Shown here one piece after another: positions 8,227 to 22,213 of a DNA stretch of 64,000 nucleotides. Under the pieces are notes generated by a model, which did no database searches, was not told the DNA's origin, and saw nothing but the letters and a program-made list of their open reading frames with translations. Position 1 is the stretch's first letter; each line of letters begins with the position of its first letter. The stretch comes from a virus (taxonomy: Duplodnaviria > Caudoviricetes): positions 1,187-65,186 of the IMG/VR virus record IMGVR_UViG_3300046804_002963; one strand, written 5' to 3'. The position numbers and the translations under genes are program-made.

Positions 8227-11073
8227 TTATTTATAAAGAAATCTACCAGGAGGATTATAATTAGAGTATAATGGTGTTAAAGTTCCATTTGCAGTAAAGG
8301 AATGTACAGTATTTCCGCCAACTTGAGTTATAGTTCCACCAGTAAATTTAGCAGGACTAGGATATGAAAAAACTACTATACCAGATCCACCAGATCCTCC
8401 TGTTTGATAACCAGATACTGCTTCTCCAGCACCACCTCCTCCACCTGTATTTACAACTCCGCTACCTGCAGTAGTGCTAATAAGGTAGTTAGAGCCGTTA
8501 GCGCCTCCTCCAGAACCACCTGGTCTTTGACCTGCTCCTCCTCCTCCAGCATAAGTTTGAAGAGTTCCATCTCTTAATGAAGATGATCTCCCTACGCCTC
8601 CTCTACCAGCACTTACTGATCCGACCGCAGCCTCACCCTGTTCTGATGCACCACCACCGCCACCACCCTGGCCCGGACCTGCACCTATACCTCCGTTATA
8701 CCCTTGTCTAGTAACTGAATTAATATAAGTTGAACTAGGATATACGCCAACTCCACCTGCTAATGTACCTGCACCTGTTCCTGTACCGCCACCACCAGAA
8801 CCTCCATTACCTCCTGTACTTCCACTACCACCGGCACCTCCACCAATAGCAGTAAAAGAAATACTAGTATCTGCGTTTATTATACTACTATTACTTCCAG
8901 CAGCTGCTGCAGCTCCTCCAAGCCCAACTGTTACTGTATAAATATCACCACTATTAAATAATGCAGTTGAAGTGGAGTTACCAGAATAATCATTAAACTC
9001 TAGCATTCCTCCGCCTCCACCACCACCTCCATTGTGGTTGCCTACAACAGATGATCCACCACCACCACCTCCTCCTACAATAAAAAATGAAGGATTAAAA
9101 GATTTAGAAGGATCTGGGTATCGAGCATAGTTAGAAACTCTTATATTATCCATATACCCTGAAAAATATAAACCGTCAGTTCCTCTAGCACCTATGTATA
9201 TGTTAGAAGGGGTAGATACAGGAGTTGAAGCAGGAGTATAAGGAGATCCTACTAAATTGCCATTTTTAAATACATAGAATGTATTATTTTTTCTTACCCA
9301 TGCTACATGAGTCCAAGTATTAAGAGAAATTGGATCTGTTAATAGACCTGTATTATTATCTACAGTATAAATTTGCCATTGTAAATAAGCACTACCACTA
9401 CCGTTACCTACAAAAAATTGAAATCCTGGTGATGTCCAATCTGTAGCAAATATGATTGCAGCAGATGCAGGAACTGCAGTTAAATAAATCCAAGCTTCTA
9501 CAGTAAAGTCACTATTAATTAAAGTAAGCGATGAGCCAGATGCTCGAAGATACCCTGTACTACCGTCAAAAAATATACTAGTTCCGCCAAATTTACTTTG
9601 AGTGTTAGAAATAAAAGTATTTCCGTAAGAAGTCCAGTTATTTTTACCTGTTAGATCTTTAACACCAACATTTGTATCACTAACTAAAAGAGAAGTGGCT
9701 CCGTTAGCATTTAAAGGGTATTGTGGAGAAGAAAAACTTTTAGTGTAAAGAGCTTCTTTTACTATTCTCATATTAGAGAGATAACCAGTATAGGGAAACC
9801 CGAGACCAAACTGTCTAACTCCAATATATAAATCACCTGTATCATTAGGTATAGATGCAGGAGAAGCACCATTTGCTTCTAATACTCCATTTATAAACAA
9901 TCTAGTTCTAGTTCCATCATCTGTAGCAGCTATATGATACCATTGATTGTTTGCTATTGTCGTAGTAGAAGTAATTAGAACACCGCCATCATTATAGTAC
10001 CCCATTTTTTGATTACTATCAATTCTAAATGTATATCCATAAACACCAGAATCATTTTTATTAATAGTATCATATCCTCCACCAGGAAGAAGGTTAGTAC
10101 CATACATCCAATATTCTATTGTATAGTTTGTTCCGCTTATTGAATGACTGTTACTAGCTGCTACAAGTAAGTAGTCTGGAGTTGAGCCATTAAAATATGT
10201 ACTTCCTCCATTCAAGGATTCTGAATATGCGGTTGGGGTATTAAATGGACTATTAGGAGATACTATAGGAGAACCTCCTACAGTTGGAGCTACTGCGTTA
10301 CAAATGTCTAAAAATCTATTAGATTGACAAGCAAGAAATGTTGTTCCTGGTATAGCAGTTAAAGGAGATGTGGGTGGAGTAAAAGTAGTAGTATATAGTG
10401 CAGTACCGACAACTACTCTTACATTAGAAAGAAACCCATTCAATTGATAATTAGCTGCAGCAGGCACGTTTCCGTCCCCACCCAACATAGGCCTATTCAC
10501 GCTACTTGTGTAGGTTTGAGTATCTGTGTAGGTACTGCCTGCTTGTATACCATTAATGAATAATCTAGTACTTGTTCCACTTCTAGATACTGCTATATGA
10601 TTCCATGTTCCTGGAGTAATAGCAGTACCTGTAATAACAAGACCTCCTGCAGTATAGTAATTTACAGTACCGGATCCTAACGCTATACCAGCTTTACCTG
10701 CATTAGAGGCTGTTCCAGTTGGTCTCTCATCGTAAAATGTCTGTATATTAGAGGTGCTTAAAACCATTACCCATAGTTCAATGGTAAAATTACCTGAGCC
10801 TAATGCAACGCTACTTTTACTAGAATTAATATAATCTGCGTTACCAGTAGGATTAAATTGTACTGACCAATAACCTGGAGGTTGACTAAATGGACTGAAC
10901 GTACCTTGAATAGGTCTACCACCATAAGTTATAGTATTTCGAGCAGGTCCATTGTCTGCCCAGGTAGTATTATTAGAGTTAATAACTCCGTCCGCATCAA
11001 TCATTACTAAATTATTTTTAAGTAATTGATCTCTTTTTAAATTAGTACGACGAAGATTACCTACTCCAGGCAT
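8227..11073 (-). CDS. Three-LamG adhesin with C-terminal glycine-rich (polyglycine) domain
   Basis: Three LamG repeats, then FFIVGGGGGGG...YAGGGG...NTGGGGGAG...GGSGGSGIVVFSY...TVHSFTANGT; shares FSP..QPPGYWS with 2316-5147. Confidence 0.85.
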   Translation of the reverse strand: MPGVGNLRRTNLKRDQLLKNNLVMIDADGVINSNNTTWADNGPARNTITYGGRPIQGTFSPFSQPPGYWSVQFNPTGNADYINSSKSSVALGSGNFTIELWVMVLSTSNIQTFYDERPTGTASNAGKAGIALGSGTVNYYTAGGLVITGTAITPGTWNHIAVSRSGTSTRLFINGIQAGSTYTDTQTYTSSVNRPMLGGDGNVPAAANYQLNGFLSNVRVVVGTALYTTTFTPPTSPLTAIPGTTFLACQSNRFLDICNAVAPTVGGSPIVSPNSPFNTPTAYSESLNGGSTYFNGSTPDYLLVAASNSHSISGTNYTIEYWMYGTNLLPGGGYDTINKNDSGVYGYTFRIDSNQKMGYYNDGGVLITSTTTIANNQWYHIAATDDGTRTRLFINGVLEANGASPASIPNDTGDLYIGVRQFGLGFPYTGYLSNMRIVKEALYTKSFSSPQYPLNANGATSLLVSDTNVGVKDLTGKNNWTSYGNTFISNTQSKFGGTSIFFDGSTGYLRASGSSLTLINSDFTVEAWIYLTAVPASAAIIFATDWTSPGFQFFVGNGSGSAYLQWQIYTVDNNTGLLTDPISLNTWTHVAWVRKNNTFYVFKNGNLVGSPYTPASTPVSTPSNIYIGARGTDGLYFSGYMDNIRVSNYARYPDPSKSFNPSFFIVGGGGGGGSSVVGNHNGGGGGGGGMLEFNDYSGNSTSTALFNSGDIYTVTVGLGGAAAAAGSNSSIINADTSISFTAIGGGAGGSGSTGGNGGSGGGGTGTGAGTLAGGVGVYPSSTYINSVTRQGYNGGIGAGPGQGGGGGGASEQGEAAVGSVSAGRGGVGRSSSLRDGTLQTYAGGGGAGQRPGGSGGGANGSNYLISTTAGSGVVNTGGGGGAGEAVSGYQTGGSGGSGIVVFSYPSPAKFTGGTITQVGGNTVHSFTANGTLTPLYSNYNPPGRFLYK
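8228..8235 (-). promoter_or_regulatory. T4-type late promoter TATAAATA
   Basis: Exact motif overlapping the last codons (TAT AAA TAA) of the 948-aa ORF, 24 nt upstream of ATG 8203. Confidence 0.65.
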
Positions 11074-11804
11074 TAGAAGTTTTGCCCTGAATTGAATCCA
11101 TACCAGTTAGTACCATCATTTAAGAACGAGAATATATCTCTCTTAGAAGTAGTAGTTGTTACAGTTGGAGCAAAACCATCAGGCCATGTAACTCCGTTCC
11201 ATGTTACCGCATAACCGCCACTACCAGTATTTAAAATAAGAGTAAAGCTCTTACCTGAATTAGCTGATGGCATTGATATAGTAGTATTAGATGTTAAAGT
11301 GAGTAGCTGTACTGATCCTAAACTAGGATCTACAGTATAAGAAGCACCAAATGTAGTATTTGAATATGTCTGATCTTTATAATTATTAAACGTAGCGTTA
11401 GAAACGTATGTAGAATTCAAGTTTGCAATAGTTACAGTATTAGAAAATGTAACTGCACTGTTAAATGTACTAGTATCATTATAATTTACTGCACCGTTAA
11501 ATGTCGTGGTAGTTGAAAATGTGACTGCATTAGTAAACGTTAAACTAGAGCTACCTATAATATCTGATATAGAACTCCAGAATACATTAGAAGTACTTCC
11601 TCCTGAAGTAAGAATATAGTTAACAGATCCTAAACTACTATTAGCCAGAATATATTTTAAATTAGTATTGCCAGTGACATTTAAAATGTTAGTATTAGTG
11701 GTAGAAAATATAGCAGGAGAAATAGTATTAGCAAATGTAACATTCTTATTAGAAGAAGTAGTTACTAAAGTACCAAGTGAAGAAAGATTACGAGATACTG
11801 ACAT
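11073..11804 (-). CDS. Short fibre/adaptor protein
   Basis: ANSSLGSVNYILTSGG..VFW motif, FxNxVTF repeats, and C-terminal GKSFTLIL...VTW..VTWP...DIFSFLNDGTNWYG domain. Confidence 0.75.
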   Translation of the reverse strand: MSVSRNLSSLGTLVTTSSNKNVTFANTISPAIFSTTNTNILNVTGNTNLKYILANSSLGSVNYILTSGGSTSNVFWSSISDIIGSSSLTFTNAVTFSTTTTFNGAVNYNDTSTFNSAVTFSNTVTIANLNSTYVSNATFNNYKDQTYSNTTFGASYTVDPSLGSVQLLTLTSNTTISMPSANSGKSFTLILNTGSGGYAVTWNGVTWPDGFAPTVTTTTSKRDIFSFLNDGTNWYGFNSGQNF

Positions 11805-12775
11805 TAAACACCTACCGCTACTCTATAAATTTTAACTGTATTATTTGAATTTGTTGGTGTCCCAGTGACAAACAAGCTACTACCAGCAATACTTGCATCA
11901 AAAGACATAAGAGAGTAGCTAGAATATAATGAGCCATACTCTGTAATAAATGCAGATGTTCCATTATGCAACACTAATAACTCGCAAAAATGATAAAGAT
12001 TGTTTGTTGTATCGGTTATCTGTACCATATATTTTGCTGATCTATAAGAGTTAATATTTAATACATCTATAGAAATTGCACTTATAGAAGAAGTGGTTAT
12101 TTGTCCTACAGTCTCAAAAGCAATAGATCCTATTGTTACTGAAGGAACAGATTGTATAGAGATAGAAGGTTGTACAAAACTTACTGCAGATTGTGATACA
12201 ACTTCTACAACATCTCCTTCATATAAATTGCTAGTAAATACAACAGATGATCCATCACTCGCAGTAAAGTCAATAGAAGGAACTTGTTTTACACCGTTAA
12301 TATATACTGTAATTGCGCCAGGCACATAAGATAGTATGTTAGTATTATTATCTGATCCTGAAAATGTATTAGCACCAGCGGTTGCAGTATAATAATAATT
12401 AGTAAGAGTAGTAGAAGTAGGATTAGAATAAATGTTAAAAGCACTAGGAGTTCTAACCTCTATAGCTGCTCCGTTTGCTATAGCTTCTGTGAATGTTATA
12501 GTGGTTCCAGATATAGAGTATGCAGAGGTAGGAAGCTGACCTAGACCTGAAACAAATACTAAGCTGTTATTAGTAGTGCTAGAAGTAGATAAAGAAAATA
12601 CCGTATTACTTCCATTACCAGTAAAAGTATCAGTAAAATAGTTTATTTGAGAATATATGGTTGAAGTAGATCCGCTAGATCCTGCCCATGAGCTACCGTT
12701 CCAAGTCCATGTCTTGTTATTCAGTGTGTATGTATCACCTACTACCGGTGAACTTGGAAAATTAATATTTGCCAT
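11804..12775 (-). CDS. Virion structural protein with FxGNG repeat domains
   Basis: N-terminal INFPSSP..GDTYT...WTWNG motif, two V..[SN]G..Q.P domains, C-terminal RSAKYMVQI...ELLVLHNG...ITEYG domain seen in cyanophage-type structural proteins. Confidence 0.75.
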   Translation of the reverse strand: MANINFPSSPVVGDTYTLNNKTWTWNGSSWAGSSGSTSTIYSQINYFTDTFTGNGSNTVFSLSTSSTTNNSLVFVSGLGQLPTSAYSISGTTITFTEAIANGAAIEVRTPSAFNIYSNPTSTTLTNYYYTATAGANTFSGSDNNTNILSYVPGAITVYINGVKQVPSIDFTASDGSSVVFTSNLYEGDVVEVVSQSAVSFVQPSISIQSVPSVTIGSIAFETVGQITTSSISAISIDVLNINSYRSAKYMVQITDTTNNLYHFCELLVLHNGTSAFITEYGSLYSSYSLMSFDASIAGSSLFVTGTPTNSNNTVKIYRVAVGV

Positions 12776-12794
12776 TTAATTCCTTAGTTTAAGA

Positions 12795-12802
12795 TATTTA
12801 TA
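12795..12802 (-). promoter_or_regulatory. T4-type late promoter TATAAATA
   Basis: Exact motif in the intergenic gap upstream of SD AAGGA and ATG 12775. Confidence 0.75.
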
Positions 12803-12806
12803 GAGT

Positions 12807-14753
12807 TTATATACCTCTAGTAAGTCTTATAATTACTGCACCGTTGCTGCCGTTTTGACCAAATACTATTGATGCACCACCTGCTCCATATAGACCACCG
12901 TTAACCACATTTCTATTAAAGAAGTAAAGCGGCCCACCGCCTCTAGAAGTTGCTGTTGTCGTGTTACCACCTGCTATACCTGATGGACCTTGTATTATGA
13001 ATGTGTTAGATCCAATACTATAATTATTACCACCGCTCGAAACTGCAGATGTAGTGTTTTGACTTAAACCTCCGTAGAAGCCTCCACCTCCACCTCCGTA
13101 TCCACCACCATCAGAAAGAAGTGAAGCAGAACCATTACCACCACTAAAGCTTACAGCACTATTACCATTATTCTGTATTCCACCGCCTGCAGCTCCAATT
13201 GATTTAGGGTTACCTTCGTTAGCACCACCACCACCAGCGCCTCCACCAGCAACTACCAAATACTGACTGTTACTAGTAACCATGACGCCAGACCAGCCGC
13301 CACCTCCTCCGCCACCACCTGAACTACCTGCACCACCAGCGCTACCACCAGCGCCACCTCCGTTAGATCCAGCATAACCTGCGGTGGCGGCAGTAGAACC
13401 AATAACGCCTGCGCCGCCGCCTCCACCCACATAAACAGTATAATTGACGCTATTGCTTACATTAAAAGTGCTTATTACTGCACCACCTGAGCCACCAGTA
13501 GCACCAGTAACACCATCAGTACCACCAGCGCCTCCACCAGCTCCAATTGCTATAATATCAAATGTTCCTGTCCCAGTAGAGGATGTAAGAGTAAAGGTGT
13601 ATGTTCCTGGTGTATTAAAAGTATAATAATCATATATGTCATATGATTGCAGATTAGCATTAACTACACTATTATTAGATGTAAATATAAAACTAGAATT
13701 GCTTCTTGATTCTATGGATTGCGCCGGAGAAACTAGCACTTTTACCAGAATAACACCGTTTGCCCCAGGTATACCACCAGATGAAGCTCCACCTGCTCCA
13801 TATGTATTAATAAATTGATTTTCTGGGTATAATGTATCCCATGTAAAGTTAATTACTGCACCCCCGGTGCCTCCCGCAGAACTGAGCCCTATAGTTCCAT
13901 TATCACCTCTGTAAGTGTATGAACTTAAAGCATTAGAGGAGACAAAATTACCGCCTGCGCTAGTTAGCCCATTATTAATATTTTGAGTTGCACCTGCATA
14001 TAAACCACCGCCGCCTCCACCATAACCCCCACCGTCACCAGCACCAAAAGCTGTACCGTCTGCTCCAGTCATACTAGTAGCGCTATTACCGTTAGGTTGA
14101 TTACCACCACCTACTCCAAAAAATAATCTTGCATTGCCTTCGTTAGCACCACCACCACCAGCGCCGCCTCCTGCAACTAAAATAAATGAATTTGATGTAT
14201 TGGCTATTCCAGACCATCCGCCACCAGCTCCACCACCGCCTGATGTACCAGTTGTACCAGCAATACCACCAGTACCTCCACCATTTATTCCTCCTACACC
14301 GCCGCCTGCGCCTAATGCACTTGATGTTGCTGCAGATCCTCCACCGCCAACCCATACATTATATCTTCCAGATGGTAAAATAAATGAGCCGTGTACTAGA
14401 CCTCCTGATCCTCCACCTGATCCTCTCACACCACCATCGGAGCCTCCAGCACCACCTCCTCCACCTACAGCTAATATTTCTAAAGTACTAGTAGTATCTG
14501 CAGCTGTACCAGAATTAATAAGATACAATCCATGAGAATTTTGAGAAGATGGTGTTGAAAAAGTAAAAAGTGTATATGCATTAGCATAAGTTACGCTAGT
14601 AGGATTAATAGCGTAGCCTAAAAGATAAGTGTTGCTAAAATATGGATCGTAAAAAAAATTACCTACAGATGTTACTGCTCGAGCTGTTGCTTTATTAGCT
14701 TTAATTGATTGCTGAGCTGATCTAGTAGTTTTTCCTATTAACTTAATAGTCAT
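12807..14753 (-). CDS. Glycine-rich protein with two tandem polyglycine (PGII-type) domains
   Basis: Two copies of I.A[VI]G[GA]GGGAGG.DG...VGGGG...GGGWSG...LVAGGGAGGGGANEGN...DGGGYGGGGGG.Y...G.NG.[IV]. Confidence 0.8.
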   Translation of the reverse strand: MTIKLIGKTTRSAQQSIKANKATARAVTSVGNFFYDPYFSNTYLLGYAINPTSVTYANAYTLFTFSTPSSQNSHGLYLINSGTAADTTSTLEILAVGGGGGAGGSDGGVRGSGGGSGGLVHGSFILPSGRYNVWVGGGGSAATSSALGAGGGVGGINGGGTGGIAGTTGTSGGGGAGGGWSGIANTSNSFILVAGGGAGGGGANEGNARLFFGVGGGNQPNGNSATSMTGADGTAFGAGDGGGYGGGGGGLYAGATQNINNGLTSAGGNFVSSNALSSYTYRGDNGTIGLSSAGGTGGAVINFTWDTLYPENQFINTYGAGGASSGGIPGANGVILVKVLVSPAQSIESRSNSSFIFTSNNSVVNANLQSYDIYDYYTFNTPGTYTFTLTSSTGTGTFDIIAIGAGGGAGGTDGVTGATGGSGGAVISTFNVSNSVNYTVYVGGGGGAGVIGSTAATAGYAGSNGGGAGGSAGGAGSSGGGGGGGGWSGVMVTSNSQYLVVAGGGAGGGGANEGNPKSIGAAGGGIQNNGNSAVSFSGGNGSASLLSDGGGYGGGGGGFYGGLSQNTTSAVSSGGNNYSIGSNTFIIQGPSGIAGGNTTTATSRGGGPLYFFNRNVVNGGLYGAGGASIVFGQNGSNGAVIIRLTRGI

Positions 14754-14764
14754 AATATACCCTA

Positions 14765-15094
14765 TTAAGTTATTTCAGTTCCAAATAAATTAAAGCTTAC
14801 AGAAGAAGTGTTAGCTAATACTGAAACTACATCAGTAGCGCCAAGCGTTATGCCTAATGTAAGTGCAATTGTATCGTTGCTAGGAACTAATGTATCATAA
14901 CTAATGTAGTGAGATGCTGTTACAGTAGCATTTGCAGGTCTTATAGCTACTCTATATGCAGCATTTGCAGCGCCTTGATTACAAATAGTAAGAGTGGAAG
15001 CAATAGAGCTAGTACCTGCAGGAACAGTGTATAATGTAGTAAGAGTATTTACTACCGGGTTAGATTGTCCTAATACTTTATATGAAACTGCCAT
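14765..15094 (-). CDS. Small beta-rich virion structural protein
   Basis: YKVLGQSNP...LYTVPAG...ICNQ...YD..VP.NDT..LTLGITL...FNLFGTEIT; partner-type gene preceding a Gly-rich domain gene. Confidence 0.7.
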   Translation of the reverse strand: MAVSYKVLGQSNPVVNTLTTLYTVPAGTSSIASTLTICNQGAANAAYRVAIRPANATVTASHYISYDTLVPSNDTIALTLGITLGATDVVSVLANTSSVSFNLFGTEIT

Positions 15095-15106
15095 TTTAAA
15101 TAACCT

Positions 15107-16300
15107 TTAAATACCTAAGAATAGGAAAGGATGTATAAACGTAGGAGCATCAGTCCAGTACACATTTCCTGTTTGACCGCTAGAAACTAATACCTGATTA
15201 GTATTACCTAAACTGTTATTTGCCGATACTCTAACTACCGTTAAAGTACTAGTAGAAGTAATATTACCAGAAGTTAAATTATTTATAGTAATACCATTAG
15301 CAACTACGTTGCCAGTTAAAGTTAGAGTTTTTGCAACTAAAGTATTACTTGATGTGATATTATTTGCAGTAATAGCATTTGCACCTAAGTTATTAGCTGA
15401 GATGTAAAGCGAGTTCATACTTGTTGATGCATTTACCGTAGCAGCTAATACCTGACCAAATGATAAGCTACCAGTTACTGTTAAATTACCAGTAGTAATT
15501 CCGCTTGTTACTGTTAGAGTATTAGCTGCAGCTGATCCAGTAACTGATAAAGAAGCACCAGATAAAGAATAAGTAACTGCTAGAGTATTTGCAGATATTG
15601 ATCCTGGAATTGATATGGAGCTAAAATAAGGATTAGGATTAGATGCATCTACCCAAGCACTTGAATCTACATCCTCATAATAAATCTTTAAAGTGCCTTC
15701 TTCACTATTCCACCATAAATCACCAGCAGCAGCTACTGGCGCAGAATTTGAAATAGTCACTGACGCTCCACCGCCACCGCCGCCAGCGCCTGCTGAGCCG
15801 GTATAACCTCTTAAACCTTGATCACCCTTAGAACCAACATAACCTATAGAGCCAGTATATCCAAGATCGCCATATGATCCTGTATACCCAACACCTTGTG
15901 AACCAACATAACCTATGGACCCAGTATATCCTAGTGATCCGGTATATCCTACAGAACCTGTAAATCCTATTGATCCTGTATAACCAACAGAACCATTATA
16001 ACCAGCCGATCCAGCAAAACCTACTGAACCTGTATAACCTGCACCAGTAGAACCTGTATAACCTACACCAGTCGAACCTGTGTATCCTGTTGTACCAAAT
16101 GAACCTGTATAACCAGTACTACCCAATGAACCTGTATAACCAGTACTACCCAATGAACCTGTATAGCCGGCTGATCCAGTATATCCAACTGTAGTAGAAG
16201 AAGCCTGCCAGAATCCTCCAGCAGCAATCCATGTCCAGGATCTACTACCTAGAGTATAAACTTGACCGTTTGTAGGACTATTTGGAAAATTTATTGCCAT
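15107..16300 (-). CDS. Collagen-like (GYTGS) short fibre protein
   Basis: MAINFPNSP N-terminal motif, about 130 aa of GYTGS triplets, APVAAAGDLWWNS...YYED...W knob, and ANNSLGNTNQVL..VYW motif. Confidence 0.85.
   Translation of the reverse strand: MAINFPNSPTNGQVYTLGSRSWTWIAAGGFWQASSTTVGYTGSAGYTGSLGSTGYTGSLGSTGYTGSFGTTGYTGSTGVGYTGSTGAGYTGSVGFAGSAGYNGSVGYTGSIGFTGSVGYTGSLGYTGSIGYVGSQGVGYTGSYGDLGYTGSIGYVGSKGDQGLRGYTGSAGAGGGGGGASVTISNSAPVAAAGDLWWNSEEGTLKIYYEDVDSSAWVDASNPNPYFSSISIPGSISANTLAVTYSLSGASLSVTGSAAANTLTVTSGITTGNLTVTGSLSFGQVLAATVNASTSMNSLYISANNLGANAITANNITSSNTLVAKTLTLTGNVVANGITINNLTSGNITSTSTLTVVRVSANNSLGNTNQVLVSSGQTGNVYWTDAPTFIHPFLFLGI
16100..16165. repeat. Exact 27-bp tandem repeat (about 2.4 copies) in a collagen region
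   Basis: TGAACCTGTATAACCAGTACTACCCAA repeated; encodes GYTGSLGST. Confidence 0.8.
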
Positions 16301-16325
16301 TTAAATTCTTTTGTTAGTATCCAAG

Positions 16326-16333
16326 TATTTATT
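16326..16333 (-). promoter_or_regulatory. Late promoter variant AATAAATA
   Basis: ATAAATA core in the intergenic gap upstream of ATG 16300. Confidence 0.55.
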
Positions 16334-16339
16334 CATATG

Positions 16340-17089
16340 TTAAAATATAATTCTATAAGAACCAGCAGCAGTCCATCTGTATATTCTATAATCACCTGAG
16401 GTAGTAATAGTAGGACTACCAGTAGTATTTGCAATTGGTTCACTTGCTAAATGTCTTAATATAACTGTACCAGTACCACCTTTACCGCCTGCTCCACCAT
16501 TCCACACATTAGGAGCTCCTCCTCCACCAGTACCGTCTGTGCCTGCTCCAGCAGGATACACACCCCCTCCAGCTGATGAAGTTCCACTCATTCCAGATCC
16601 ACCAGGACCTAATCCTACAAAACTTCCTGTTAAATAAGTTCCTTGAGAGACACCACCATTAGGAACATCACCACCGCCCCCAGCACCACCGCCACCTGGA
16701 CTACCTAATGCTTGACTTCCTCCAGAACCACCTGTATTTCCACCACCAGTTGTTATAGTGTCTGCTGTTCCTGCCTGCCCTCCAGTACCATATCTACCAC
16801 CGATTCCACCGCCAGCATAGTAATGATGAAATTGACTGTAACCTCCCGGGTTACCTAATCTTCCATCAGCAACGTTGCCAATTGTAGCTGCTCCACCATT
16901 ACCTACTACTACTGGATAAGGTACTCCTATATCGACACAAACTGTATTAGCAGTTTTTACACCACCTCCTCCACCTCCACCAGCAGTATAATTACCCCCG
17001 TTACCAGCTCCTGAACCACCTCCACCAGCAACGGCCAGATCTACAAATGTAACTCTTGGACGTCCTGCTATAACATTAAAAATAGACAT
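16340..17089 (-). CDS. Glycine-rich (polyglycine) domain protein; probable start ATG 17089
   Basis: MSIFNVIAG...VAGGGGSG...GGKGGTGTVILR...YRIYRWTAAGS. ATG 17089 lies just after the upstream stop, so the ORF-track start at 17140 is unlikely. Confidence 0.8.
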   Translation of the reverse strand: MSIFNVIAGRPRVTFVDLAVAGGGGSGAGNGGNYTAGGGGGGGVKTANTVCVDIGVPYPVVVGNGGAATIGNVADGRLGNPGGYSQFHHYYAGGGIGGRYGTGGQAGTADTITTGGGNTGGSGGSQALGSPGGGGAGGGGDVPNGGVSQGTYLTGSFVGLGPGGSGMSGTSSAGGGVYPAGAGTDGTGGGGAPNVWNGGAGGKGGTGTVILRHLASEPIANTTGSPTITTSGDYRIYRWTAAGSYRIIF

Positions 17090-17091
17090 TA

Positions 17092-20483
<3,392 letters not shown>

Positions 20484-20484
<1 letters not shown>

Positions 20485-21944
20485 TAGCTAATACTCACGT
20501 AAGTAGTTCCTGGCTGCAGAGTAATACCGTAAAGAGAGTAACTTTCTGCAATATAACCAGATGGGGGTGAATCTGGTTCTAAGTTAACTGAACTCGAGGT
20601 ATAAGAAACATCACTAAGAAGTGACGGGCTTGCACCTGTTTTAAATGATGTTGGCTGACTAGCTGATGTTCTTACACCTAACCAGAAAGCTTTAGGACTT
20701 GCATCTGCATTATTTACATATGCAGCATATGTTTTTACTTGATTGCCTAGTACTGTTGCTGCACTCTCAAATCCAGTACCATCAATAATATCAGCTCTTG
20801 AAGGAGGCGAAGAAGTGCTGCTTGTAAATATCCAGAAAGAAGGGTATGTGAAAGTTGCAGATACAGAAGCATTAGAAGATAAATCTGCACTATAAGCAGT
20901 ACCTTGAACAGCTACAGGACGAGTAAACGTAGTAAGCACATCAACTTTACGAGTAGTTGATGTGTTGTTTTTATGTACAGGAGTTGTAAAGGTAAATGTT
21001 CCTGATGTATTGGAATTATTTACTGTACCACCTGTAGGAGTGACTGAGGTAAGATAGTTTGCAGGGTCAGTAATATTAGTTATAGAAACAGTATATGTTG
21101 TAGATGTATATGTTTCTAGGAACGTATTACCTGATAATGCAGTTACTGAGCATGAGAGAGTAGGGGTGCGCCAGTTAACTGTTAGAGTAGCTGTGTTTGC
21201 AAACACGGAACTAGAACCGCTGTCACTAGCTACAAATTGAATAGTAGAAGTAGAAGTACCACCAGTTATTGTATTGCTACTTGAATAAATGTAAGCAGAA
21301 CCTGCAACAGTAAATGTTTGAACCCAATCAACTCCACCTGCAGGAGTCATAGATTTTGCACCAGCACTGAATGTAGATAAGCTACTAATAGAACCAGTAA
21401 CTGCTGCTAAACTATAAACGTTACTAATCCACTGTGATGGAAAATCAAAAGGGTTATCTACAGTAACAGTAAAAGATGATACTGGAACATCCCAGTTTAA
21501 AGTAGCAGAAGGAGCTGCAGTTGCAGTAAGAGTAGGAGTAAAAGAAGCGAGAACAAACTCAAGCAAACCACCACTAAATGAAGTAGTTCTTACTGGATAG
21601 GTAGTAGTACTTTCTTTATAACCTGTAACTGTACGTGAATAACCGTTAGTAGTAAATACTAAAGGAGATGCAGGAGTCCAATAGACTGCTGATCCGTTAC
21701 TTGTTAATACTTCACCAGCATTACCAATAGAGTTATTAGCAACTATAGACTTAACTGTAAGATTGCCTGATACTTTTGTATTAGTGTTGTTAGCACCAAT
21801 TTCAAACACAACTGAACCGTTACTGGAATATAAAATTCCATCGGTCATATTGAGCGCTAGCTCACCAGGATTTGAGAGAGTTGTTGTGTTAGCCGCGCGA
21901 CCAGATATAGAGGTGCGCTTGATCTGTATCAAGTTATTAGCCAT
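20484..21944 (-). CDS. Fibre protein with MANNLIQIKR N-terminal module
   Basis: N-terminus shared with 22234-24096 (IQIKR...GELA); ANNSIGNAGEVLTSNG..VYW motif; Ser/Thr-rich beta domains. Confidence 0.8.
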
Positions 21945-21957
21945 ATGGCCCTCTTAC

Positions 21958-21973
21958 AGCAGTATATACTGCT
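21958..21973. promoter_or_regulatory. Perfect 16-bp palindrome AGCAGTATATACTGCT
   Basis: Self-complementary, intergenic, just upstream of the SD (GAGG) of the 486-aa gene. Confidence 0.5.
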
Positions 21974-21986
21974 AAGTCAAAACACT

Positions 21987-22196
21987 TTAAAAATCTTCTG
22001 ATTTTTTTGTCTTAGTGTTAGCCTTATCTAAGGCTTTCTCTAGACTCCTTTGAAGATCTTCTACTTGTTTATTTAGGCTACTGTTTTGCTTTTCATAATA
22101 AGCAATTTGAGCTGACTGCAACAATGAAGTCTTAGTCAGCTCAGTAACCATTTGAATCAATTTTTCAATGTAGATATTAACTATTTCACTATTCAT
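21987..22196 (-). CDS. Small coiled-coil protein
   Basis: MNSEIVNIYIEKL...LNKQVEDLQRSLEK heptad pattern; ATG 22196 preferred over TTG 22202. Confidence 0.7.
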   Translation of the reverse strand: MNSEIVNIYIEKLIQMVTELTKTSLLQSAQIAYYEKQNSSLNKQVEDLQRSLEKALDKANTKTKKSEDF

Positions 22197-22213
22197 AATC
22201 AAGTACTTTCATA

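Noticed and set aside
14134-14535. Pro-rich + strand ORFs (also 13444-13626, 13636-13818, 27526-27837)
   Set aside because: Antisense shadows of Gly-rich or collagen codons (GGN reads as NCC/CCN); no RBS and wholly inside real genes.
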